From: a phage | Length of the DNA: 64,000 nucleotides | Strand: one strand, 5' to 3' | Sequence record: PZ386967.1 | Shown here: piece after piece, positions 39,104 to 48,538 of the stretch | How positions within the stretch are numbered: position 1 is the first letter of the stretch | Layout of the letters: every line of letters begins with the position of its first letter | Translations under genes and position numbers: made by a program | Notes under the pieces: generated by a model | Seen by the model: only the letters and a program-made list of their open reading frames with translations | Database searches by the model: none | Told to the model about the DNA's origin: nothing

Positions 39104-39649
39104 CTAGCCCAGAAACACTACTAAAGTCAAATTAGTGAGGGCGCTGCGGCCTTCCCGCAGCATTTCATGCGCAGATGCAAGGCGCTTGGGGTCATGCAAC
39201 GTATCAGAGAACACGATGATGTTTGCTTTATCGATGCCCGTGCCCATGTAATGGGAGATGGTTGTCGTGTGCTGTTTCTTGTCTACATCGGGCAATGATA
39301 CATCCGCGCCTGCTCGGGAGCGGAAGAAAGAATCGCGTTCACTAACGCTATGGAAGACACCCATGATGTTGAGGTTGTTCTCTGTCTGGAAATCATAGGA
39401 CAGAATCTTCTTCAGCGCGGCGGTGTGCCCAGTCTGGCGCAGCATGCGATAGTACAGTATGTTTCCAGAACAGGTGGGGTCCGTCACACCTCCCCTCGAT
39501 TGGCGATCTTTCTGGATTTCATACGCATCCAGGATAAGTTGTTGGACCATTTCAATATGGGCAGTCAGGGAGATTTCGACTTTACGTTTGACCATGGATT
39601 TCATTTGGTGTATCCTCAGATAGGTTCCGCTCATGGGGAACGGTTCCAT
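39104..39649 (-). CDS. hypothetical protein
   Basis: 181-aa ORF; start uncertain. Confidence 0.35.
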   Translation of the reverse strand: MEPFPMSGTYLRIHQMKSMVKRKVEISLTAHIEMVQQLILDAYEIQKDRQSRGGVTDPTCSGNILYYRMLRQTGHTAALKKILSYDFQTENNLNIMGVFHSVSERDSFFRSRAGADVSLPDVDKKQHTTTISHYMGTGIDKANIIVFSDTLHDPKRLASAHEMLREGRSALTNLTLVVFLG

Positions 39650-39722
39650 TATACACCAAATGCTGGAAATGAAAAAGAGGCCGGAGCCTCTTTTGTTAAC
39701 CCATGATCATCGCGTTCATGGC

Positions 39723-39980
39723 TCATTCCTCTTCATATTTGCCTGTCCTGAAGTTCCACTTTCGCGCATTCTTCAGGTCGAGGTCTTTGAAGATGTTTCC
39801 AAAGATCTTTTGGAAGGAGGTCTGCTCTTGTTCTTCCTCAAGATCCTTGGGCTTCTTGACAGGCTCTTTCACCATACCGCCTTCGGGTTTCCCCACATCG
39901 GCGGTCGTGGTTCCAGGGGCTGCTGAGTCTTCAAGGAAGTCCTGGAAGCCTTTCATGATTAGACCGCAGCCATTTCGCAA
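39723..39980 (-). CDS. hypothetical acidic/basic small protein
   Basis: 85-aa ORF. Confidence 0.3.
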   Translation of the reverse strand: MRNGCGLIMKGFQDFLEDSAAPGTTTADVGKPEGGMVKEPVKKPKDLEEEQEQTSFQKIFGNIFKDLDLKNARKWNFRTGKYEEE

Positions 39981-40780
39981 CGAGTAGAGGTCACAGAGTG
40001 GCCGTCAGCGTCTTCAACAACACACCAGTACTCACCCTCGTTTTCGGCAGCAACTGCAGTGATAACCAGGCTCGCAGTTGCAGCAGTGGGGTTAGTGCCA
40101 GCATCGATCACCTCACCTTCACCACCAGGGACATCAGAGAAGTACCAAGTATGTGTGTATGGGGTAGTGCCGCCTGTAGCAGCGATGGTGAAGGTTGCGG
40201 ATTCACCTGTTGTTACATCCTGAGAAGCAGCCAGATCGGTAGACAGAGACAGAGCGCCAGCCACTGTGATGACGGTAGAGTCAGTGTGGTCACCTTCGAT
40301 GGTTACACCGTAAACAGTCACTGAACCCGGTGCCAGCAGCTTGAATTTACCACCACCGATGTGCACAGCTTTGGTCAGATCGCCAGAGTACCAGTTGACA
40401 CCCTGGTAGGTCGCGTTCTCCGGAGCGACGACCGCCTTCAGTTCAACAACCTGACCGACTTCACCATTAGCAGTTTCAGGGGTGATGGTCAGGCCAGTGG
40501 TCAGCACAGCGCTTGGGTCGTGGATTTCATAAGACAGCTGGAAGCCAACGGGCTTGGTTGGATCCACTTTGGTGACGCCATCGGCCTGCAAATTGCTCTT
40601 GGTCAGCAGTGCATCCAGACCTTTACACTCAGTCAGGATCTCGTCTGGGTCTTGGTTAAGACTGGTCTTTTCCCAACCACGAGCAGTACCTGTTACAGTG
40701 TGAAGACGCTCAGTTTCCGGTTTGTTGCGAACAACTTCCGGTGCTACTAATACAGTGATCGTTGGCATGGTTTCCTCCAC
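39959..40780 (-). CDS. Ig-like domain virion decoration protein (Hoc-like, putative)
   Basis: Thr/Gly/Val-rich beta repeats and a C-terminal I-set-like segment (TWYFSDVPGG...YWCVVEDADGHSVTSTRC). Confidence 0.45.
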   Translation of the reverse strand: MEETMPTITVLVAPEVVRNKPETERLHTVTGTARGWEKTSLNQDPDEILTECKGLDALLTKSNLQADGVTKVDPTKPVGFQLSYEIHDPSAVLTTGLTITPETANGEVGQVVELKAVVAPENATYQGVNWYSGDLTKAVHIGGGKFKLLAPGSVTVYGVTIEGDHTDSTVITVAGALSLSTDLAASQDVTTGESATFTIAATGGTTPYTHTWYFSDVPGGEGEVIDAGTNPTAATASLVITAVAAENEGEYWCVVEDADGHSVTSTRCEMAAV

Positions 40781-41139
40781 TCATCCAAATCGTTGTTCAG
40801 AGCCATCATCAGCTCATTATCTGGTTCGTATGAACCGGAACATAAATCATCGCGCCATACGCCTAATGTCAACAAAGCAGCCTTGAGGCGTGGCAACTGG
40901 GGCTTATCCACCTTCAAAACGAGCATACGGCAAGCGGCCTCTGTTTCGAACGTATTGAAGACGGTAATCAATTGATTGAGAATCAACCGAGGACTCTTAC
41001 CAGGGACAAATCTCTTCAATGATTGATTAATTAGCGAAATCCGCTGAATGTCTACCAGCAGTTCATCCCACGAGACAGAATCTACAATATAATGCCTCAG
41101 TGCATAATCCATCAAGTTGCTTTCGTCAACGATAGGCAT
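40747..41139 (-). CDS. hypothetical protein
   Basis: 130-aa ORF. Confidence 0.35.
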   Translation of the reverse strand: MPIVDESNLMDYALRHYIVDSVSWDELLVDIQRISLINQSLKRFVPGKSPRLILNQLITVFNTFETEAACRMLVLKVDKPQLPRLKAALLTLGVWRDDLCSGSYEPDNELMMALNNDLDEWRKPCQRSLY

Positions 41140-41169
41140 ATTGAATAAGTTCAGCTGTTGTACATCGGC

Positions 41170-41595
41170 TTATTTAATCTGCAATTTTTCGATCAGCTTC
41201 GCAATCAGCTGAATGCGATCTTCTTCTGTGATACCCAGCGGCGCAGCCAACAACTTGAGATCATCTTCACCCAGCAGGTTCAGAGTCTCGACTGTGATGT
41301 TGGTTTCAATCACAGCCCCGGTTTCAAACGGCTTGCCGAACTTGTCGCGACCATAACGCTTGAGGGTCGCAGCCAGCCCTGGAAGCTCCTGGAGGAGTTC
41401 CTTCGTGCCGTCTTGGTATTCGCACACCCAACCGTACCCGCCAGCGTAGACGACGCCTCCGTCTCCCCCTGGAGGGATGTTATCGATGGCGCGTTGTAGG
41501 TAGGTAGGCAACACACCTTCCTCCTTCGCCTGGATGTCATCGACTGGGGCTTCAGTTTTAATTTCAACTTTCTTGACTTCAGGTTTCTTCGCCAT
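41170..41595 (-). CDS. hypothetical protein
   Basis: 141-aa ORF. Confidence 0.35.
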   Translation of the reverse strand: MAKKPEVKKVEIKTEAPVDDIQAKEEGVLPTYLQRAIDNIPPGGDGGVVYAGGYGWVCEYQDGTKELLQELPGLAATLKRYGRDKFGKPFETGAVIETNITVETLNLLGEDDLKLLAAPLGITEEDRIQLIAKLIEKLQIK

Positions 41596-41820
41596 GTTTG
41601 GTTCTCCTATAGACTGTTACGTATTTACCACAGCAATTGCAGCAGTATACGTGCATCGCGTATCCTTCGTCTGTGAAGTCGCAACCACCACAGCGACAGA
41701 ACAATTTCACGAACTGTTGGTCATGAACTTCACGGGGAGGGAATTGTTTGTGGGAGTATTCCCTGGTCTCGCCTTCGAACTGAAAAGGAGGCCGGAGCCT
41801 CCTTGGTGGATGGGGTTTGG

Positions 41821-43386
41821 TTACTTGTACAGGCCTGTCACGTCAATGGACTTGTGCTGGCGGTTGTACTCGGCGGTGTAATCATCCAACACCAGGTATT
41901 CACAGCAGCGGATTTTGCTTGAACCAAAATCATCGGTGACCGACACGATGTCACGCGGGTTCAGCTTACAGCGAACGACACGCTGTCCCACAGAACCGAA
42001 ACACTCCTTCAGGTAGGCCAGGGAGCACACATGCAGACCATATGAACACAGTTCGGAGTTGTTGTCGTTCACGAATGAGCGAGCCATGCGCACGATAGTG
42101 CCTGGGGCGTTGCTGATCGTGTTGCTATGCTTGTCCATGTAGTTGCCGCGCACCGATTTGTAGAGGATGATGTCACCATCTTCGTCAATTTCGATGTCAG
42201 AGTACGCCATGAACTCGTAGATGCGCCCAGACTGAACCAGAGAAGCTGACGGGTTCTGGAACATTTTGTCCATAAACTTCGCCATGCGGTCCAGGTTGTG
42301 GAAGTCACCCTTCAGCATCAGCGCCAGTACACGCTTGGCGATGGATGTGCCTGTGATGTCATGACCGGACCAGCGGACACGGTTGTCAGACACGTCTACC
42401 AGACCAGCAGCGTACTTCGCGATGGCTTCACGAGGACGCATCAGCGAGTATGCCAGCTTCACGTCTTTGTCTTTGATCGCCTGTACGATGCGGTCATAGG
42501 CCGGGTGTGAAGTGGTGATCGTTTCCGGCTTGCCGTCAATCGCGATAACAACGCTGTCAGGCAGAATCAGGATCTGGTGTTCGTTCAGGAACACGTCCAG
42601 GTCTTTCGCGCCGAAGTCCTGCTTGGTCTTCTTATCATCAGCCACTTCTTCAACGTCTTTGACAGCGACGGCGAATTCTACAGAAGACAGAGCCAGACGC
42701 AGGGTGCGACCGAGGATGCCATCAAAGTAACCAACACGGCGACGGGCATCCAAGGATCCACGGATAGGATAGGTTTCCCCGTCAACCACAACGCTGATTT
42801 CAACGTTGCTCGGAACTTTGTCCGCACCTTCTGACAGTGCCACAGAAATTTCTGCCATCTCGCCGATAGCTTCAACATCGAAAGCGCAACTATCACCTTC
42901 CACAGGAGTCAATTCAGACTTTTCAAAGAAAGCCCCTTTGAAATTGCCGTCGTTAGTGAGACACAGATACTTGTTGTGGTTCGGCAGATATGCCCCAACA
43001 TACCATTCTGTGCCATCTTTGTCTTTGGCCGTGCCGCCCGGTTGGACCTCGAATACTTCTTGTTCTTCCGGCTTGATAGGAGAGATCACAGTTACCTTGT
43101 TTTTCTCCTCGGTAATCCGGACCAACAGAGCGCGAGCAATGGTCTTGGCGGACACACCGTACACCTTGGCCAAGAATGCATTGCTGACATTACCTGCCGC
43201 CGAATCCCTTTGGATATTGGCGATCTGATCTGTTGTCAGGGATTTCAGCGAAGTAGGGTCAACACCAATTTCCGTGTCGGAAACACGTTGTACAGTCGAG
43301 CGGGGTATGCCCAACAGAGTAGCAATTGCGCTCTGGCTTTTGCCTTCCTTCAAATACTTCAGGATCTTTTCGTCAATCTTGTTCAT
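41821..43386 (-). CDS. rIIB: rIIB-like protein (N-terminal HTH)
   Basis: Immediately downstream of rIIA-like gene; N-terminal HTH (SQSAIATLLGIPRSTVQR); C-terminal block NAPGTIVRMARSFVNDNNSELCSYGLHVCS resembles remembered T4 rIIB C-terminus. ORF track start 43473 is TTG; ATG at 43386 used. Confidence 0.5.
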   Translation of the reverse strand: MNKIDEKILKYLKEGKSQSAIATLLGIPRSTVQRVSDTEIGVDPTSLKSLTTDQIANIQRDSAAGNVSNAFLAKVYGVSAKTIARALLVRITEEKNKVTVISPIKPEEQEVFEVQPGGTAKDKDGTEWYVGAYLPNHNKYLCLTNDGNFKGAFFEKSELTPVEGDSCAFDVEAIGEMAEISVALSEGADKVPSNVEISVVVDGETYPIRGSLDARRRVGYFDGILGRTLRLALSSVEFAVAVKDVEEVADDKKTKQDFGAKDLDVFLNEHQILILPDSVVIAIDGKPETITTSHPAYDRIVQAIKDKDVKLAYSLMRPREAIAKYAAGLVDVSDNRVRWSGHDITGTSIAKRVLALMLKGDFHNLDRMAKFMDKMFQNPSASLVQSGRIYEFMAYSDIEIDEDGDIILYKSVRGNYMDKHSNTISNAPGTIVRMARSFVNDNNSELCSYGLHVCSLAYLKECFGSVGQRVVRCKLNPRDIVSVTDDFGSSKIRCCEYLVLDDYTAEYNRQHKSIDVTGLYK

Positions 43387-43417
43387 CTTGTAGTTCCCAC
43401 GTTGGTTAACAGGACTA

Positions 43418-46174
43418 TTATGCCCTGATAATGGAATTTGAAATAACGTCCAAGTAATCCGAAGATTTTTCAATCGGGTTCAGGGCGCTTGGTTTGTAAT
43501 TCTCTTTCAAGAACCGGACAACACGATGACGCTCGATGGTCAATCGGTTTTCCCGCCTTGCTTTCAATGACGGAGTCCTCGATATATCAAACGGTGTAAA
43601 TCCATGAAACCGCAACACATCCGAAGCGCATTCAAAGATCTGTAGCATCTGATGTTCTGAACGGAATATCTTTTCGTCACGCTCGTTGGCGTACAAATTC
43701 ACGTTAAGAGAATGTATTGTGTCCTGGAAATGGCTAAATCGACGCTTGTCATTGATTGAAACCGGGGCTTTCGCCAGGCTTTGGTAATGACGTACAGTCT
43801 GCTCATCCAAGATATCGTCCACAACTTTCATTAACTTGTTGTAACGGCTGACCAATTTGCCATAACGATCGTCTTCAACATCACCAAACGCCTGATGAAC
43901 CAGATGGCTCCCGTATTTTAATCGATCCGCCCCAAGGCGCATGCGGCGGTATGATTCCAGTATGCGCTTGGCGCTATCGCGCTCCATCATAGGCTTCACG
44001 TTTTCCAACATGATCTTCAGGATTTCATCGATCGGTATGAAGACCTCTGGGAACTTCTTCATCATTGGCACGGATTTACGACGAGCCAAGAAGATTCGGT
44101 TGTGAACGTTCAACATATCGCTGATGTACACTGGCTTGCCTTCATCGTCGACACTGACTGCGTGCTCATACAGAGATTTACGAATACCCCGCGCCGCCGC
44201 AGTCGTCAACGTTCTGTCCATCACCTGATGGATACACGCATGGCCAGACACCTCAATATAGACGATGCGCTCGCCCTTGTTGATGATATCTGAGATCTGG
44301 TCGCCCGTTAGTTCTTCATACTGGTATATGTCGAAGTTGCTGCGCGTGAACGGAAACAGGCCGGGGTCTTTGGTGACCGGGGGCGTGACATACGACAGTT
44401 CGTTCATGAACTTGACTTCAGCAGGCTCCAACACCGCACTCAGCCAATCGACGAACTTGTCGGCGAAGCACAGATAATCAACCGTCGTTTCTTCTTTACC
44501 AATCCAAGTTTCAAAGAAATCATAGAGAGCCTGAGAATTCTTGAACGCAGGGTTGTCCTTAGATTGGTTGCGCTTGGTGACATAGGATGTGTTCGGCTTG
44601 GCCACGATGACTATCGTCCCTGTATCTTTCAGCTGCTTGATCTTCAGGTTACGAGCACGAACACTATCTTCGATCACCACAGTAACATGCTGGCCGCGAT
44701 CAATCCACTTCTGGATTTCTGAAATGGTCAAATTACTGGACTCACCCCAGTCATAGAAGATCTCCATAGAGAACGGTGATGACAGCTCATTGAACGGCGC
44801 GGTATGGTCATAATCGCGATCAATCTCAACAGGCAGCGGGTAACGGTAATATGAATCATGAAAGCGCTTGTCGGCCGGGTATTCCTTTTCAACCATCTTG
44901 CGGAACCCACTGCCGAACATTTCACTCAGTTTTACCTTCTCCATATACAGGGCAAGAGGACCACGCTTACACGCCAGCTCCAGGTCACGCATCTTTTCTG
45001 TCAAGATTGCATTGGCGGTGCCCTTAAACTCCTCAGAGAGCGTCTCACGCGTGAATTCGTCATATGAAAGGTCTTCACGCGACGGTGGTACGTTCAGCGA
45101 TCCAAGTTCGAAGAACGTATAGGACGATGGAAACTTGCTCATGATGGAAGCAGTGTCCGGGTCCAGCTGGTCCAGGTCAATCGGGTACGACACGCCACCC
45201 ATTACAGCATAATGGGTGTTCCCCTGGCCTTTCGGCTGGATGTACGTGTTGTTGACCTTGAAATCATAACTGATATCTTCCCAGCTGAAGCGGTATGAAG
45301 CGTTCTCAACAATTGGACGTTGTTCAGGGCGCATAACACGACCAAGACGGACCAGTTCATCGGAGAATGCAGAGAAACGAGCGTTCTTCACCGGGATCTT
45401 CACCGTCATACCGTTGAACTCATCGGTGTCTTCCGGTTTAGGATCACGGGTTTCAAGATCTTTGGTGATCAGATCAACAGTCGGGATGCGCTTGGCATTC
45501 AGGTACATCAGGAAGCGATGGAGTTTACCGTCCATGCGGCTTTCCACAGTGAACGAATCCGATACCGCAAATGGTGATTTGGAGCCAAGACCGAATGCCC
45601 CAATCTGATCATCATCTTCTTCCTTCGTACTGTGGAAGAGAGTGGTATACAACCCAGGCGTACGAATGATTTCACCATCTTCGCGACGGAACACTAGACC
45701 ACCATTATAGAACGCAGGCACGCCGATGACCTCAGCTGAGTCAGGGATCTCGTCTTCCTTGACCACCATGTTGCCTTCCAGCAGCACTTCATCTTCCTGC
45801 GCTGGGATAGGCTCGCCAATGATCTTCTCGAGTGGTAGACCGATGCCGTAATCACGGATTTCCAGCCATGGCTCAAAGTCATCAGGCAGATGCACAACAA
45901 CCTGCTTACCCTTCGGTGCAAGGTATTTGCTATGGCGGGCAGGAGGCGGAGTGAGAGGCGCGTAGTGGGATGCTACCATACGGTGCATACGATCACGCAT
46001 GCCATGGGAGTCGATGGCGTTACAGACGGTTTCGCGCAGGGCTGCAGCCTCTTTGTAACGATACAATGATGAGAACAGAGTCTCAAACATCTTATCGTTC
46101 ATCTTCACGTTGAACGCCTGCCCCTGAATGGAAGACGACGAGCGGATAAAGTGCTCGGACTTGCGCATTTTCAT
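43418..46174 (-). CDS. rIIA: rIIA-like protein with GHKL-type ATPase domain
   Basis: Bergerat-fold motifs: N-box ETVCNAIDSHG, G1 DYGIG, G2 GAFGLGSKS; 918 aa; synteny with rIIB-like and topoisomerase genes as in T4. Confidence 0.55.
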   Translation of the reverse strand: MKMRKSEHFIRSSSSIQGQAFNVKMNDKMFETLFSSLYRYKEAAALRETVCNAIDSHGMRDRMHRMVASHYAPLTPPPARHSKYLAPKGKQVVVHLPDDFEPWLEIRDYGIGLPLEKIIGEPIPAQEDEVLLEGNMVVKEDEIPDSAEVIGVPAFYNGGLVFRREDGEIIRTPGLYTTLFHSTKEEDDDQIGAFGLGSKSPFAVSDSFTVESRMDGKLHRFLMYLNAKRIPTVDLITKDLETRDPKPEDTDEFNGMTVKIPVKNARFSAFSDELVRLGRVMRPEQRPIVENASYRFSWEDISYDFKVNNTYIQPKGQGNTHYAVMGGVSYPIDLDQLDPDTASIMSKFPSSYTFFELGSLNVPPSREDLSYDEFTRETLSEEFKGTANAILTEKMRDLELACKRGPLALYMEKVKLSEMFGSGFRKMVEKEYPADKRFHDSYYRYPLPVEIDRDYDHTAPFNELSSPFSMEIFYDWGESSNLTISEIQKWIDRGQHVTVVIEDSVRARNLKIKQLKDTGTIVIVAKPNTSYVTKRNQSKDNPAFKNSQALYDFFETWIGKEETTVDYLCFADKFVDWLSAVLEPAEVKFMNELSYVTPPVTKDPGLFPFTRSNFDIYQYEELTGDQISDIINKGERIVYIEVSGHACIHQVMDRTLTTAAARGIRKSLYEHAVSVDDEGKPVYISDMLNVHNRIFLARRKSVPMMKKFPEVFIPIDEILKIMLENVKPMMERDSAKRILESYRRMRLGADRLKYGSHLVHQAFGDVEDDRYGKLVSRYNKLMKVVDDILDEQTVRHYQSLAKAPVSINDKRRFSHFQDTIHSLNVNLYANERDEKIFRSEHQMLQIFECASDVLRFHGFTPFDISRTPSLKARRENRLTIERHRVVRFLKENYKPSALNPIEKSSDYLDVISNSIIRA

Positions 46175-46223
46175 AGTATAGAAATCCTATCAAGTCAAAG
46201 GGAAACATATTGGTTGAGTGGGT

Positions 46224-46250
46224 ATAATACGGTGGGCGTCTTCAATTGAA
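46224..46250 (-). promoter_or_regulatory. TTCAAT-box / TATTAT promoter upstream of rIIA-like gene
   Basis: Minus-strand TTCAAT (46250-46245), 15-nt spacer, TATTAT (46229-46224); adjacent hairpin 46251-46272 likely terminates the upstream gene. Confidence 0.4.
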
Positions 46251-46279
46251 AAAGCCCTCGGCTGAGGGCTTTGTTCAGA

Positions 46280-46627
46280 TCAATCTTCGGTGGCAAATCG
46301 CGCCTGGAAGTCGAATGTTGGGCGCTGGGCACCAGGTTCCAACTTCTCTTCCAGATAGCCGATGATGGTGCGGGTGACCGACACAGGCTCTTTGCGTGGG
46401 TTGACTGGAGTAGCCAGCGCGATGATAGAGGACTGCTGCTCTTCTACACGCGTGTATTCCACATTGAAGTGATAGCGAGAACCAAAGGCCGCCACTTCGA
46501 CTTCAACGATTTGTAGATCTTTCAGGTCAGTGCTGCTCAGGGTTCCCACGTTCAACTGTGAGCGCAGGTGCTCAACAATGTTGGAGTACACATACTGTGG
46601 GGTGATCAGCTGTTCAATAGAACTCAT
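46280..46627 (-). CDS. hypothetical protein
   Basis: 115-aa ORF. Confidence 0.35.
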   Translation of the reverse strand: MSSIEQLITPQYVYSNIVEHLRSQLNVGTLSSTDLKDLQIVEVEVAAFGSRYHFNVEYTRVEEQQSSIIALATPVNPRKEPVSVTRTIIGYLEEKLEPGAQRPTFDFQARFATED

Positions 46628-46768
46628 AACATATCCTCTACTTTTTGGGTTCGGTTTTACTTAATCGAGCGACCTCTGCTCGAAGGAAGATTATCTCGTC
46701 GGTCATCAAACATCACCCATGATCTGGCCAACTTTGGATTGCCTACAGAAAGATCCTTCAGGCGCTCC

Positions 46769-46969
46769 TCACTTACGTTTGCGCTTGTTCTTTCCATAGG
46801 TCTTCGCCTTCTTCTTGCGGGTTACAGATGGACGACCATGTCCCGGTTCGCCGGGTGTGCCACCCTGAGTGTAACGACGCCCCCACATATCATCACCACG
46901 ATGCGCGGCGACGATTTCCATTTCTGACAGCGCTAGCATAGCAGCAACAGCCGCAGATGATTTCTTCAT
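46769..46969 (-). CDS. small Lys/Arg-rich protein (hypothetical)
   Basis: C-terminus TRKKKAKTYGKNKRKRK. Confidence 0.3.
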   Translation of the reverse strand: MKKSSAAVAAMLALSEMEIVAAHRGDDMWGRRYTQGGTPGEPGHGRPSVTRKKKAKTYGKNKRKRK

Positions 46970-47421
46970 TTCGTTTCCCCCTTGGCAGCATAGGACAGTG
47001 CCTGAACAATCATTACAGCCAGATCGATCGGCGAGTAGGTGCTGTTCAGATCTTCTCGAACACTCTGCTCGATTTCTTCATCAGACTGGACCACAGGACA
47101 GTTCTTCCCCTGGCGACGGCGTTCTGTGTTGATCATATCACGCAGGAGCAGATCGGTGAAGGAGTACTCGTCAAAGTTCTCCAGGTATTTCTGAATCCCA
47201 GTGGATACAGGGGTTGGCTCCGGTTCCTGTTCCCCAGGATCTTTCAGGGCAGCAACAGTGGCATCAATATCCCACAGAGGGTTCAGCAGTAACAGAAGAT
47301 TAACTGTTTCTCCTGACTCTGAAGTCGGGTTCTTTCCCAGCACCTTGTACAGATTCTTCAGGGTGCTGTCGAAGGTCAGAACGGTCTGCGCCAGTTCTTC
47401 ATAAGTTGGTTTGGTAGTCAT
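46966..47421 (-). CDS. hypothetical protein
   Basis: 151-aa ORF. Confidence 0.35.
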   Translation of the reverse strand: MTTKPTYEELAQTVLTFDSTLKNLYKVLGKNPTSESGETVNLLLLLNPLWDIDATVAALKDPGEQEPEPTPVSTGIQKYLENFDEYSFTDLLLRDMINTERRRQGKNCPVVQSDEEIEQSVREDLNSTYSPIDLAVMIVQALSYAAKGETK

Positions 47422-47480
47422 CAGCGTTTGCTCCGGCGTTTGTTCTTCATCTTTCTTGGCTTGTCTGTCATGTTCCTGTC

Positions 47481-47526
47481 CACGAAAAAGGGATAGAGCA
47501 ATAATACCCTATCCCCTTTTATTGAA
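47481..47526 (-). terminator. terminator hairpin fused to a TTCAAT-box / TATTAT promoter (terminator-promoter unit)
   Basis: GGGATAG...CTATCCC stem followed (minus) by TTTTTCG; minus TTCAAT at 47526-47521 and TATTAT within the loop. Confidence 0.45.
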
Positions 47527-47532
47527 GAACGA

Positions 47533-47946
47533 TTAGTCTTCAGATTCTACTTTGCCGCCTCGTAGATCCCGAACTGGTTTACCGTCCGGTGCCATCACAT
47601 AAATGGTGTTGATTGTCTCAAACCAAGACAGCTGGTCAACACCCTCGGTGTATGGAGTCACCGGAACAGAAGTCTTGACCTCTTTGCCTTTCGTGTTCGG
47701 ATGTTCAACCACATCCAAGAACGCACATTTCCCGCTCGGAAGGATAACACCATCAGTAAACAGCACGATCTTCTTGCGAGGGTTGCTGGCCTCACCCAGG
47801 CACACCACCAGATGATGGATCATCTCGGGGCGGTCAATCAACAAGTCGTCTTTGATAATCCCTTGCTTGATAGCAGAGATCACCACTTCATCCAACAGAG
47901 CCTGCTGTTGGTCCAGTGTCAGGGATTCAGTGAGTTTCACGCTCAT
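47533..47946 (-). CDS. hypothetical protein
   Basis: 137-aa ORF. Confidence 0.35.
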   Translation of the reverse strand: MSVKLTESLTLDQQQALLDEVVISAIKQGIIKDDLLIDRPEMIHHLVVCLGEASNPRKKIVLFTDGVILPSGKCAFLDVVEHPNTKGKEVKTSVPVTPYTEGVDQLSWFETINTIYVMAPDGKPVRDLRGGKVESED

Positions 47947-47950
47947 GACA

Positions 47951-48520
47951 TCAGCCTTTGAAGTTAATCGGTTTCTGAATACCAGCGTCGAACGCGGCCT
48001 GGGTACGGGTATCGCTCACCACCTGGCAAGTCTTGTCAAGGTCGATGCGCGGGTAGCCGAACATGCCAGCAATCAACGAACCAGGGAACTGAGCCAGCTT
48101 GGTTTCGTATATTGTGCAGATATCCAGCTTCTTGGTCTGGCTGATGCGGAATTCATCACGCCCAGAACTGATCACCACCTGGATCTCTTTGTACAGGCTG
48201 GAATCGAACTGAATATTCTGCTCCTGGATCCACTGCATGACGGCCTTGGAACCATCAGCGCCATAACGCCCTTCGAACGTGCCTTTGATCACTTCCTTCA
48301 GACCGTCTTTATACATGTCAGGAATCTGCGCCGTCTCCTGAACTTTGAGCGTGTAGTTGCTCAGGTAGTTCTCGGAGTCTTTGTTGAACTTCCTAACCTG
48401 CTGCTCAGTGCGGTTGAAGTCGTTGAAGTAGCTGATGACTGTACCGATGCCGAGAATCACTACACCCAGCAAAGCCAAACCAATTATCCAACCTGTTGCA
48501 ATACCCTTAGATTGAGACAT
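47951..48520 (-). CDS. LemA-family membrane protein
   Basis: N-terminal TM helix; C-terminal FPGSLIAGMFGY matches the conserved LemA FPxxIVAGMFGF block. Confidence 0.5.
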   Translation of the reverse strand: MSQSKGIATGWIIGLALLGVVILGIGTVISYFNDFNRTEQQVRKFNKDSENYLSNYTLKVQETAQIPDMYKDGLKEVIKGTFEGRYGADGSKAVMQWIQEQNIQFDSSLYKEIQVVISSGRDEFRISQTKKLDICTIYETKLAQFPGSLIAGMFGYPRIDLDKTCQVVSDTRTQAAFDAGIQKPINFKG

Positions 48521-48538
48521 TCTTACTTCCTCTTTTGA

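Noticed and set aside
47852-48538. 228-aa plus-strand ORF
   Set aside because: Antisense to the LemA-family gene; no translation signals.
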